From Octopus bimaculoides (taxonomy: Eukaryota), in contig NC_068983.1 in assembly GCF_001194135.2 (NCBI RefSeq), positions 78,286,860 to 78,350,859 on the forward strand: a stretch of DNA of 64,000 nucleotides. Direction: 5' to 3'. Position 1 is the first letter of the stretch; every line of letters begins with the position of its first letter. The translations under genes and the position numbers were made by a program. Shown one piece after another: positions 23,646 to 36,060 of the stretch. A model generated the notes under the pieces. It was given only the letters and a program-made list of their open reading frames with translations, did not search any database and was not told where the DNA came from.

Positions 23646-24912
23646 CGAGGTTGTATTAGAAAGTTCCTGAACTAGTTCTGTAGCATGCCAACAGATGGCA
23701 GCACATGGTTGTGTGTGCAGTGAGAGCTAACAGTAACCTTCGTGAGGTAGTGTGTCAAGTTACATTGCTGTGTTTACTTTGCAAGTTGTGAAATTTTTGT
23801 CCTTGTGATATGCTGTAGTCTGCAATTTTGTCATGGACAGGAAGTTGAAACAAAGAGCCAATATGAAACTCTGCATTAAACTTGAGAAGCCTGCTACAGA
23901 GACGGTGAGCATAATTCAGCAAGCTCATGGCAATGAGGCAATGAGTCGTATGTAATGCCTCAAGTGGCACAGGAGTTTCAACAGTGGAAGAGCATTACTG
24001 GAAGACGATTTGGAAGACCTCTCACAAGCATCACCCCTGGAAATATGAAGAAAATTCATCAGCTTGTACATGAAGGTCAAGCACAATCAGTGACATTGCT
24101 AATATTGTTAGTCTGTTGTATGGGTCTGTGCAAACAATCCTAATGTCTTAATTGATCATGCAGTTTGTCTCCTGCCAAGTTCGTCTCCTTCTACTGACCA
24201 CTGAGCAGAAAGAACATTGCATCAAAGTTAGTCAAGATCTTGATCAGTGGCATGCTGATGACCCATCCTACATGACGTGGATCATCACCAGTGATGAGAA
24301 TTGAGTTTACAGCTATGACACTGAGATGAAGCAGCAGTTGTCACAATGGAAGAGGCCTTCATCTCCACAATCGAAGAAGGCACAACAGAGATGCATCTCA
24401 GTCAAGAGCTTGCTGATCGTTTTTCCAACATACGTAACGCTGTGCATCAAGTATTCATCTCCCAGGGCCATACCATCAATCAAGAGTTCTATTGCAACAT
24501 TTTAAAGTGTTTGAGAGAGGACATTCGGCAAAAGTGACTCGACCAGTGGAGTGCGAAGAATTGGATTCTTCATGATGACAATGCACCTGTCACCAAGTTC
24601 TCTTCACTCATGTGCTTCTTGCTAAAGACAACATGGTATTGCTTCTGCACTTGCCCTATTCACCTGCTTGCAGACTTCCATCTCTTCCCCAAGATGAAAA
24701 TGCAGCTCAAAGGTCACGGGGTCACTGTTTTGACACTGCTATCAAGATCCAGAGTGAAAAACGACTTCCAGGTTGGATTCCAAAAGTAGTGGAAATGCTA
24801 GAACCCTTGAATTGTTGCACAAGGTGACTATTTCAAAGATGATGTTAACACTTAGACAAATAAGCTATTTTTTATTAAACATAACTAGTCCGAGTACTTT
24901 TTAATACCATAC
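23646..24912 (+). mobile_element. Near full-length decayed mariner element
   Basis: TIRs; MDRKLKQRANMKLCIKLEKPATE start; WIITSDEN (first D motif), ILHDDNAP (second D), YSPA(D)F region; frameshifts. Confidence 0.9.
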
Positions 24913-25224
24913 ATGCATTTGAGTATGGGAATATATGTATGTATGTGTATATTTATTATTGTCAAGCAATATGACAAATAATTAGTCAAGAAGTTACCAT
25001 CAGTTTCATGCTGCAGGACAGAAGCAGATTGCTTCTTTAGAGCTGGACATACATAAACTCTTGGTTCACACTCAGTAGAAAGAAAAGAAGAGTTATTTCC
25101 CTTGGCTAGGTGTATAAAAAAAATTTGAAAATTAGCAGTGTAAATGAAAATTCATAGATTTTAGAGATGTTTTATACCTACTGGTTACTACAACTACTGT
25201 TGCTGCTGCTGGTGTTGCTGCTGT

Positions 25225-25760
25225 TGTTAATGATGATGATGATTTAACATATTCCAAGGGCTGAAGTGTTCAACAGGAGCTGGCAAATAAGAAGATTGTG
25301 CCAGTTTGTACTGTCTGCTTAGGCATGGTTTTTATGACTGGATGCCCTTCTTAGTGCCAACCACTTTACAGAATTTTTACTGGGTGCTTTTTACACAACA
25401 CAGTAGCAGTGAGGTTGCCCAGTAACTTGCAAGACAAGACCCCTCAACAGAGGGAGGAGTAGCATTAAGAGAGGTAGCTTTGTACCAGATGAGGAGAAGT
25501 TAGAGAATGAACAGAGGGACAGAAATAGGTGTCTTACAGTAGAAGATACATGGCTACCTCAGCTTCAGAGAGAGAGAGAGAGGGAGAGAGATGAGAGCGG
25601 GAGGGAGAGAGAGAAGAGAGAGGGGAGAGATGGTGAAGATGTGATGGTGGAGTTACCCTCAAGTTACAGGGTGATGTATAAAAGTGAAAATAAGAATTGG
25701 CTAGGGTTTGTGGGTGAGTAAATTTGCAAGATTGTGAAAGGAGAATGAGAGATGGAGGAG
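25225..25760 (-). mobile_element. Divergent RTE-like 3' tail subfamily
   Basis: ctggatgcccttcttagtgccaaccactttacag core; related to 21725-22310. Confidence 0.55.
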
Positions 25761-25782
25761 AGTTAATGTATTGTGTGGGCAC

Positions 25783-25824
<42 letters not shown>

Positions 25825-26269
25825 TATTATAATAATGATAATATATATATATATATATAATATAGGGTAAGATTAATTAATTAATTGATCAATAATTAAT
25901 AATTCTACCAAGTAGTCAGTATGTTAAAATAACCTTTGCAGGTGAATTATACAAAATATTCTATAATCATATGCATAATTATAATCAGTGGTCAGCTAAT
26001 TTCTTCACCACATACCGAAATTAGAAATAGATGCTAATGTCATTTCAACTACCAAAAGTATCTCTGAGACAATAACACACTTTTTTATGTAGGCAAAAAG
26101 GAAAATGATGAATCCACACAACTTCGATTAATCACAGATGTGTTTTGAGATTAAAGTAAATTATATTTACCTATTTCTCTCCTCAGTGTGACCTCTTCAA
26201 AATTTCAAGTTATAAATTTGCGAGTGTCAGGAGAGGAATAAGTAGGGTAAAGGTGGATATGGGCTGATT

Positions 26270-27305
26270 AGCATATGGGTGTGAATCAGCAGTGAAAAAA
26301 GAAACATGGCAGAATATTTGGTAAACAGCAAGCAAGACCTGCTATAATATACTGCTAATGCTGAAGAATTTACCAAAGATGGACTTGAGAGTGCTCATGA
26401 ATTCTGATCATGAACAGCCAACGAGAAAGAAGAAACCCTAATCCACATGGAATTACATGGTCAGTTCTACTGTGGAACTAACAACTTAAAAGACCAAGAA
26501 GCATCATGGAAGTGGCTCAACAAAGGTGGCCTAAAAAGAAATACTGAAAGTTTAATCATTGTTGCCCAGGATCAGGCATTGAATACCAACTCAATGAAAA
26601 GGGATATATACCACACAAATGCAATGAACCTCTGCAGAATGTGTGGGAAGAGGGTCGATAGTGTGACTCACATTGTTAGTGCATGTGAAAGTCTTGTGCA
26701 GAAAAAGTACAAGGGCAGAGATGACAAGGTAGCCCAAAACCTTCACTGGTTACTATGCTGGAAGTATGGATATGATGTAATGGATGCTAAGTACCAACAT
26801 ACAATGGAAAAGGTAATCAACGAAAAGAGGAAGGCAAAAATCTTCTGGGATTTTGACTTCCAAACAGATGAGGTGTTAGAATACTGTCGGCCAGATATAG
26901 TCACCTTTAGGAGGGACAAGAAAAGAGTACCAAATAATTGAAGTAGCAGTGTCAAGGGATCAACATATTATCATGAAAGAAAAAGAAAAGATTGATGAAT
27001 ATGGAAACCAGAAAATTGAGATCGCTAGGATATGGCAGCTACAAGAGTCAAACAAAGGTTGTCCCTATTGTCATCCAAGCATTGGGTTCAATACCACCCA
27101 ACCTGAAAAAAAAAACATCTGGAAACTTTAGAAATACCCTGCGATCTAGGTGCATTGCAAAAATCCGTATTACTTGGAACTGCATGCATATTGTGTAAAG
27201 TACTGTCTATCAGTGGTCCTTGTGAATTGACAGACAGTACAAACCCCCAGTAGACACAATATCTTCAATCAACAACATCACAATATTGGATGCTGTGTGA
27301 TGTCT

Positions 27306-27345
<40 letters not shown>
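26270..27345 (+). mobile_element. R4/Dong-type non-LTR element, 3' part
   Basis: LHGQF...WKWLNKGGLKRNTESLIIVAQDQAL, CCHC finger CRMCGKRVDSVTHIVSAC, RLE motif RPDIV; (AAT)n tail. Confidence 0.9.
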
Positions 27346-27347
<2 letters not shown>

Positions 27348-27916
27348 GCTCTTTCTAATTTGGCAAAAGGCCAGTAATATTAAGGGGTGGGCCTAGTGAT
27401 TTCTTCTACTACTCATCATGCAATATTAATGAAGTCATTGGGGGAAATTGTTGGTATATTGGCTGGAGAATCTAAATTTTTGTTTATAGTTTCATTCTTG
27501 TGTTTGCTATTGTTTTTGTAAATGTTATTGTTATTATGCTTTTTTTTTCCTTTGCCTTGTTGTTGCTGTTTTGGTTGACACTGGTTGTGACAATGGTGGT
27601 ATTGCTGCTGATTTCAGACAATGGTGGGAAAAAGCTTTATCGAAAATTTTGTTTTCACACTTCAATAAATGTCATAAAATTTTATTCTCTGTTTTCTTCA
27701 TTTTTCATACGAGGTAAATTTTGAAAACGAAATACGATTTCAGACACTGCAGTTCTGAAATTGAACGAAGCTAGCCTCATGAAGGTTTGTAAGTTTGCTT
27801 ATAAAACATATGGTAGAACAAAAATATGTGTGACCCCTTCAAAATAACCAAAATTAAACAAATACCTGCAGAAATGTTGACCATGTGTCTTTTCTTTTTA
27901 TGTACAAAAAAAAAAA

Positions 27917-28118
27917 AAGAAGAAGAAGAAGAAGAAGAAGAAGAAGAAGAAGAAGANNNNNNNNNNNNNNNNNNNNNNNNNNNNNNNNNNNNNNNNNNNN
28001 NNNNNNNNNNNNNNNNNNNNNAAGAAGAAGAAGAAGAAGAAGAAGAAGAAGAAGAAGAAGAAGAAGAAGAAGAAGAAGAAGAAGAAGAAGAAGAAGAAGA
28101 AGAAGAAGAAGAAGAAGA
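27917..28118. repeat. (GAA)n microsatellite spanning an N gap (27957-28021)
   Basis: Direct reading. Confidence 0.95.
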
Positions 28119-28119
28119 A

Positions 28120-28470
28120 ATTTTCTGCTCACTACCAGATCTTGATATGGAAGATTGGCTACAGCAAATATCCTGCATGTGTTGAGAGGAATTCTTTGGG
28201 GTTTGCATAATTCACCTTTGGAAACATGGGTGTTTTGTTCAACATCCTTAAACAAGGTACTTTTTGAGTGGGATGAGCTACTTGACATAAAGAAAATTCT
28301 AACTGGGTTCCACCTGCAAGGTCATGCACTGTTAATCTTGATATGAGATCACGATGTCATGCACAGATGGCTGTGATGCATGTACCTAATAGTCATGATG
28401 GGTATACTGGGCTTCGTATATTTTACCCCAGTGTCCTTTTGATGGCATGCATTGCTCTTTCACTCAATAA
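28120..28470 (+). mobile_element. Family D non-autonomous retroposon with (AAT)n tail
   Basis: Shares its 3' end (tatattttaccccagtgtc...gatggcatgca..gctct.tca.tc-aataataat) with 28612-29010. Confidence 0.7.
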
Positions 28471-28483
28471 TAATAATAGTAAA

Positions 28484-28538
<55 letters not shown>

Positions 28539-28567
28539 GTAATAACAACAATAATAATAATAATAAC

Positions 28568-28599
<32 letters not shown>

Positions 28600-28612
28600 T
28601 AATAATAATAAA
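28467..28612. repeat. Long interrupted (AAT)n
   Basis: Direct reading. Confidence 0.95.
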
Positions 28613-29030
28613 ATGCCTGGATGCAGTACCAGGCAGTGGTTCTCATGGCTTCTGATCTTAATTGATTGGAAGTGTTATCATGTACATTGTTTTGTCTTGG
28701 TATAAAAGATGGGCTACAGCAAATATCCTGCTTAATACCACAGATTTGCTTGTCAGTTGTTTGACCTTAACCAGTTGAGCNNNNNNNNNNNNNNNNNNNN
28801 NNNNNNNNNNNNNNNNNNNNNNNNNNNNNNNNNNNNNNNNCTGCGAAGTCATGCGCTGTTTATCTTGGTATGAGATCACTATTTCACGCACATATGGTTG
28901 TGATGCATGTGCCTGGTGTACCCTTGTCAGACGGGTAGTCATGATGGGTATAATGGACTTCGTATATTTTACCCCAGTGTCACTTTGATGGCATGCACTG
29001 CTCTCTCATTCAATAATAATAATAATAACA
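28612..29030 (+). mobile_element. Family D non-autonomous retroposon (contains N gap 28781-28840)
   Basis: Starts tgcctggatgcagtaccaggcagtgg; (AAT)n on both sides; no coding capacity seen. Confidence 0.7.
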
Positions 29031-29039
29031 ACAACGACC

Positions 29040-30200
29040 AACGTTAATCTTGACCAGCAGAATGTCATAAAGGAGTTAGAACCAGTGGAGAGTTACAAAT
29101 ACCTAGGGGTATTTGAAGGGGATGGAATCAAACATTCAGTGATGAGAGAAAGGATCAGAAGAGAATGTTTTTGCAGGGTAAGGGCAATACTCAAGACAAA
29201 GCTGAATGCAAGAAACAGGATCAATGCGATCAATACTTTAGCCATACCAGTTGTGACTTACAGTTTCAATATCATTAACTGGTCAATTACTGAAATATGT
29301 AATCTTGACAGAAAAATATGAAAACTGTTGACAATGCATAGAATGCACCACCCTAAGGCAGATATAGAACAACTTTACTTACCAAGAGAAGAGGGTGGCC
29401 ATGGACTTTTACAGCCAGAATTAACAATGAAGATTGCCACAATTGGCTTAGATACCTACCTGAAAAACTCTGATAGCTGGATGTTAAAACTCGTCTCAAA
29501 GCATGATAACAAGAAAGCATCATACTCAGTAACAAAACAGGCAAAGGAATATTTAAGTGAATTTCAAATACAACAAATTCCAGAATTAGACATACTGGAA
29601 ACAAGCACAGAAAAAGCTAAGCGTATGAAAACCTATGCTAAAGCTGCTGCCTTGGATATTCATACAGATAAATGGCAAGTAAAAGCTCTCAATAGCAAAT
29701 ACCCAAAGAGAGCTAATAGTGCCTATGTTAACAAAGCCCTTACTCATCAACGGTTAGGGTCTTCTGGCTTAAAATCAGAAACAGAAGGGTTTATCATAGC
29801 AGCCCAAGATCAATGCCTACCTACAAGAAATTACCAGGCCAACATATTAAAGAATGACAGTAGCCCAACCTGTCATGTATGTCAACAACAAAATGAAACC
29901 ATTGATCATATCTCCATGTGCAGTCTTCCTGTATCTCAACAGGTATGATAGAGCAGCACACTATATTCACTGAGTAATTTGCAAAAACCTGGATCTACCC
30001 CATGATAAAAACTGGTGGGAACACAAACCACCTCCAGTGTTTAAAAATGATCACATCTCTCCTCTGGAACTTCACCATTCAAACTAACAGAAAGATAGAT
30101 GCAAATGGGCCAGACATTATATTGAAAGATTTCAGACAAAAATCATGCCTCCTCATTAATATGACTGTACCAACCAACAGTTATATTTAAAGTAATTGAA
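29040..30200 (+). mobile_element. R4/Dong-type non-LTR element, RT C-terminus to RLE
   Basis: ESYKYLG...NRINAINTLAIPVVTYSF; MHHPKADIEQLYLPREEGGHGL; GLKSETEGFIIAAQDQCLPT; CHVCQQQNETIDHI; GPDI. Confidence 0.9.
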
Positions 30201-30304
30201 AGAAACACAGAGCATTTCAAACTAAGTACAGTAATGAAAGAGTTATATAGATTAGCAAAAAATTTCCTTCGTGTATCAATTAAAGTTGGGACTGGTAAAA
30301 GGCT

Positions 30305-30438
30305 TAGTAGTAGTAGTAGTCGTAGTAGCAGCAACAGCAGCGGCAGCAGCGACAGCAGCAGCAGCGACAGCAGCAGCAGCGGCAGCAGCAGCAGCAGTAG
30401 TACTAGTAGTAGTAGTAGTAGTAGTAGTAGTGTAGTAG
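30305..30438. repeat. Compound (AGT)n/(AGC)n microsatellite
   Basis: Direct reading. Confidence 0.95.
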
Positions 30439-31019
30439 TACACCTGTCAACGTAGAAGATTTCAATTTATTATCCCTTAATTACAATCAGAAATTGCAAT
30501 CACTTATATAGATTTTGAGTCAATTACGATATTAAAACGTTCATCAGAGAAGCACTACATACAAGTAGCTCAGAGGTGATATTTCAAATGTCCGGTTAAA
30601 GGACCTAACTCTGTCCATGAAGGAATGAAAGTATAGGTTTTTAACCATCACAATTTCAATATCATATTGTTATTCCCTGCTACATTTAAAGATAAAAGGA
30701 CTCAGATAAATTTATTTGCTTGAAGTTGGTGCCATGCTATATACAACTAAAACAGGTGTGTGACAAGCCATTTGGGATCTTATAACAGATATGTGATGTT
30801 TTGTGTACCAGGGTATGCATTATTTATTAATATGTTTATCTGTATACCACATTTTGAAGATGAGGAAATGCAAATGAATCACATAAAATAGGTGTGACTT
30901 TTGAAACAGGAATGGCAGTTGGGAGATGAACAAACCTTGAAAGTTCATATATTTCTGTAATAATAATAAAGGACTGAAATCTAATTACTAGTGTAAAGCG
31001 TGCTGTAGATAGAATTATT

Positions 31020-31165
31020 ACTGATGGTGATGATGACGATGGTGGTGGTGGTGGTGGTGATGATGATGATGATAGTGGTGGTGGTGGTGGTGGATAATGA
31101 ATATGATATTGGTGGATAATAATGAATGCTGATGATGGATAATGTTGACGATGATGATGATTATA
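31020..31165. repeat. (GGT)n/(GAT)n low-complexity tract
   Basis: Direct reading. Confidence 0.9.
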
Positions 31166-32551
31166 TGTAATGAGAGTTGGTGATATTTGACATTCATAGA
31201 GAAGAAAAAGGGGAAAAAACGATAACCGACAATAATAATTACAGTATAAACCATGAAAAAATTGGTAAGTGTGTCTACATTGCATATAACATAGTAAAAA
31301 TGGGGGTTATATTTCCCACAGAAAACAGGAAAAAAACATGCTAAAAGAATACGAAATATATTTGCATAAGTAGCAATAACTGCTAACTCTTTGCAGTTAT
31401 ATGTCATTTGATTCATCTCCTATTTTATATCTGAATATCCCCTCGCATGTATCTGCATTTAAAATCTGTTATTCTCTTTCATATTTGTGTAAATGAAGTT
31501 TGACATTTTAACCAGATTATTTCTCTTCATGTATGCTCATTAATATCATGCATGAATATCTCTTAGAAAACTGATTATCTCACAAAAGCTGTGTTATCAC
31601 ACCAAAAATAAAACCTATTTACTCAGTAATGGTAGTGTTTGATTAAGATGGGAAGCAGTTGCTAGGAAAGTGTGGATGCAGAAATATTTGAAAATGAACA
31701 TGAAAGCTAACAACAAAATCACTGACACATCATGCTTAGGAGATGGATTCACTTCCATTGTTCTAAAGACTTCCTCTCTGTTTGGTTGAAATATAGGTGT
31801 AAATGGAAACATAAATATATTTACAAAAAGAGAGAAAATGCCATATTGGGATGGAATAAATGATGCTTATTGGTTGAATTTTTTACATGCAAAAATGTAG
31901 ATTTCATTTTTTTTTTTATTAATGTTACAACCTGTGGTCATATATTTTTGGTAAAGCAATCATCATAAAAATACCGTGCTTTTCTAATGATTTAACCCCA
32001 GGGAAATAATACACACGATGAGAATTTTGTTTTTAGCATGCTTAAATTTAAATCAATACCTTGATGACAAATCCTCTGATTGATTCCACATGCAAATCAG
32101 TAGTAAGTTAAAAATAACATCATCTAACTTCAAATAAATGAAGATTCTTAAACTTGTTTTTAATGAAGGCATTTTCTAATGTGTGCTTACAGCAAGTATG
32201 AAACCATTTTAACACATTTATATTCTCAATATTATTTGCTGTGAAATATAAAGAGCAGCTGTATTATTTTACATATAACTCTCAACAAATTTCCAAAAAC
32301 ACATATTAAATTCTAATTAACCATTTTTTTCTCTCCCCCATCTGAAATGTTATCAATATAACTTGATAGAAACAAATATTGGAATATTTTCATTATCGTT
32401 ATTCTTTTTTTTTTTAACATTTCAATAGATTTTTTTTTATTTTTAGTTCAATAAAATTGCAAATTTATATTATAACATTCAGCAAGTGAAGGAAAAAAAA
32501 AATAGAGATTACGAATGCTAAATATATTATTTTCTTTTCTTATCCTCCAAG

Positions 32552-32659
32552 AAGGAACTTATCAAAATATATAGTGAAAATAATCCCAAGTTTGATTGGC
32601 TTTACAATCTTAAATCCATACAAGCATCTTTTTATTACAAGAAAAATACAAATAAACAA
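32552..32659 (+). CDS. Candidate 108-nt exon (KELIKIYSENNPKFDWLYNLKSIQASFYYKKNTNKQ)
   Basis: Strong acceptor tttcttttcttatcctccaag (NAGNAG), symmetric phase 0, protein-like composition; weak donor gtattt. Confidence 0.25.
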
Positions 32660-33488
32660 GTATTTATCACTTCCAGATATTTCTAATTCATGGATAGAAT
32701 TTCTCATTTACTATAGTACTAAGCAGAGCAGTTGTATATTTTATTTTTGTATTTATTTATTGTTTGTTGAACTCATGATGCATATCATGACATGTTGAAG
32801 AGATCTTGCTGTAAGATTTTTACTTGTTTGTAAGATTTTTGGTTAGTTGTTTCATTCATAATTTTAGCATTTTCTTGAAATAAGATTTCTGATATTTTAA
32901 ATATATTATTTATTAGCAAATAAACATGTATACAAAACCCTGATGTTACTTAAAGAATTTCCTCTCATGAATATTGATAATTTTAAATTGATTACATGTA
33001 TGGTTACAGGTCCGTTAACTAACATACACATACGAAGCATACATACCTACCTACCTACATACATACATACATGTACACATATATGCAAACATGCATGCAC
33101 ACATGTGCACATACACACACACATATACATATGCATATATATATAAGCATACAGGCATATATAAGTTAACAGCCTTGTATAAACATGCAACCATAGAAAA
33201 ATTAATGTACAAAGTACACATATCAGCACAAACTAAAAGAAATATAAATAAACAAAAATGCAATATCGTATCCGTGAAAGTACAAATATCCACAGAAATA
33301 AATAGAAACAGTAGTCTAGATATAAAGTTTCCTACTCCAGTTAGATGAAGTTATATATCTTAGTTTAATTGCATCGTTAAAATAATTAAGTAAAATTTTG
33401 ATTAGTTGCACATTACAGTGCAAGTCTAATAAACAGTGACACATACAGTTAAATTCATGTTTACACATATATATATAAGTGTATATAA

Positions 33489-33534
<46 letters not shown>

Positions 33535-33536
<2 letters not shown>

Positions 33537-34410
33537 TCATCATCATCATCATCATCGTTTAATGTCCGCTTTCCATGCTAGCATGAGTTGGACGATTTGA
33601 CTGAGGACTGGTGAACCGGATGGCTGCACCAGGCTCCAATTTGATCTGGCAGAGTTTCTACAGCTGGATGCCCTTCCTAACGCCAACCATTCTGAGAGTG
33701 TAGGGGGTGTTTTTACGTGCCACCAGCACGAGGGCCAGTCAAGCAGTACTGGCAACAGCCACGCTCAAATGGTGCTATTTACGTGCAACTGGGATGGAAG
33801 CCAGACAGCTGCTCTGGCAATGATCACACTCAGACGGTGCTGTAAGTGCTTCACTGGCACAGGTGCCAGTCATAGAATATGGTTCAATTATGATTTCGAT
33901 TTTACTTGCCTTAACAGGTCTTCGCAAGCAGAGTTTAATGTCCAATGAAGTAAATATACAAATAAGTGAGCTGGCTACACTTCTGGCAGAGGTCACGGAT
34001 TATGGTCTCACTTGGCTTGCCAGGTCTTCTCACGTACTGCATATTTCCAAAGGTCCTGGTCACTGGCCATTGCCTCGGTGAGGCCTAATGTTCGAAGGTC
34101 TTGCCTCACCACCTCATCTCAGGTCTTCCTGGGTCTACCTCTTCCACGGGTTCCCTCAACCGCTAGGGTGTGGCACTTTTTCATACAGCTATCCTCATAC
34201 ATTCTTGCCACATGACCATACCAGTGCAATCGTCTCTCTTGCACATTGCAACTTACGCTTCTTAGGTTCAACTTTTCTCGCAAAGTACTTACACTCTGTC
34301 GAGTATGTACACTGACATTTCACATCCATCGGTGCATACTGGCTTCATTTCTTGTGAGCTTACATATGTCTTCAGCAGTCACGGCCCATGTTTCACTGCC
34401 ATCTAGCATG
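33535..34410 (-). mobile_element. RTE LINE 3' end with ORF terminus
   Basis: GHVARMYEDSCMKKCHTLAVEGTRGRGRPRKT*DEVVRQDLRTLGLTEAM...YAVREKTWQAK*, then family A UTR and (GAT)n tail. Confidence 0.92.
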
Positions 34411-34499
34411 ACGGTGTGTGTGTGTATTACAATAAACACAAAATAATAGTGGTAGTTTCCCACCCAACCATGAATCCATTTAGTTTATTATTCTAATGA

Positions 34500-36060
34500 A
34501 CTTTTATGCCAAAGTCTTCTTCAGCTTCAAATAAAGCCCAAATAAAATAAATTCCAAATAGGCAACAGGTACATTGACATTATCAATTGCAAAACTTTTC
34601 TTACCTCTTACCAACACCATGAGTCTAGAACAGTGAACTGCTGTGTATCTGCTGTCAACTTGTTGCCTGACCTAACAAACAAACCACCCTCTGGGTTTAC
34701 TAGGATGTACTTTGTGGACTTTTATCGATCTACATATAAATATATCTTGCTGAAAACCTCTGATTTCATAGAGAAGTTGTTACAATTACTAATTTAGACA
34801 CCAGAATAATAAACACCATTATGTTAGTATGATATTATAAAGGTACCCACTTATTCAGCAGGATGGTGAAGGTTTGTTCAATGTTTGCTTTGAGAAGTTT
34901 AACCTTTGAATAAGAATGAATCTGAAGTGGCTTATATGATTACCTATCTTTGCTACAGTCAGAGGCTTCACTCACACAGCCTTGGAGTGTACAGAGATGA
35001 TGGCTTAGCAGTCATATGCAATATTAACCAACATTCATGATTTAAAGGGTTATTTAAGGAGTAAACTTAACCAGTAACACTAGCTTAATAATAGCCAATT
35101 TTCTAGATCTAATACAAGATTAAAATACAGGCCTTTGTATTTAAATCCTCTATTATATCCTGTGTTACTTATCTCCAGCAGAAAGTCGCATGAAGACTTT
35201 ATGTATATCTAAAAAAATTTTTACCTACTGCTCATCTACAATTGGGAATCTTGCAGATGTCTCTGATATATCTTTGGACTAGAACATATTTCTCATGACT
35301 GTCTCCTACTATAATGATACACCAGCTACAAGATGCTTCAGCATGAAACTTGTATATGTGGAAAAACTCTATTGCACACTGGAATAGATCCAAGGTGAGA
35401 ACATGGCTTAATCGCCATTCGGTTGGATGCTATCATGATCAAAGCCATAAACATTCTAACTTGATTAAGACAACACTTTTCACTAGCATGCAAGTACAAT
35501 AAACTTTACTGCATGCACAACATTGAGATTATTGAGCTATTTCTACCTAGGAAACACCACTCTGCAGATCACACACTACTATAAAAAATAAACAACCTCA
35601 CATCCCCATGCCAACACAAATATGTCTGTCAAAATGTTACCATTTGCTGAATCAGATTTTCTTTATCTCTAAAGCAGTTGTATATCTAACATCCATAACA
35701 CTTGTGGGTAGTATTGGAAGAGTATTACATACAATTCCTTGTAATCATTTTTCAAGATTGAAACCCCCACAACATTTTTGGCTCATTTAGGTCAAGGAAT
35801 AGGAAAATGCCCATATTTATGTCCCAATTCATCAGGAAATGTTCAAACCAAGTCTCTGAATGCAACACAATAACATGGAGCATAGTCCATAAAACCGTTT
35901 TCATACTTCAGTGGATTGAGAAAACACAAGACTTACCGAACAGAAAAGTTCCAGATATTAAAGCAATAAGAGATTTGTCTTAACCAGAGGTGAGTGGCGT
36001 TATTCAACAGTCACCATCAGTGGATATTTATTTTGGACATTTTCCAGGTGTTTAACATCT
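34500..36060 (+). mobile_element. Heavily decayed Penelope-like element (RT plus GIY-YIG region)
   Basis: LGVYRDDGLAV near 34975-35015; later ITWSIVHK...EKFQILK...LNQR-like segments near 35870-35990. Confidence 0.65.

Noticed and set aside
28612-28680. HDV-like ribozyme at the family D 5' end
   Set aside because: Only a simple 6-bp hairpin with an 8-nt loop; no room for the nested P2/P3 pseudoknot.
27777-28705. Poly-S/E/R/L/N/Y ORFs
   Set aside because: Trinucleotide microsatellites.
30848-30954. Minus-strand exon EIYELSRFVHLPTAIPVSKV...
   Set aside because: The acceptor comes from a (TTA) run, the donor is weak, and the phase does not fit the other candidates.
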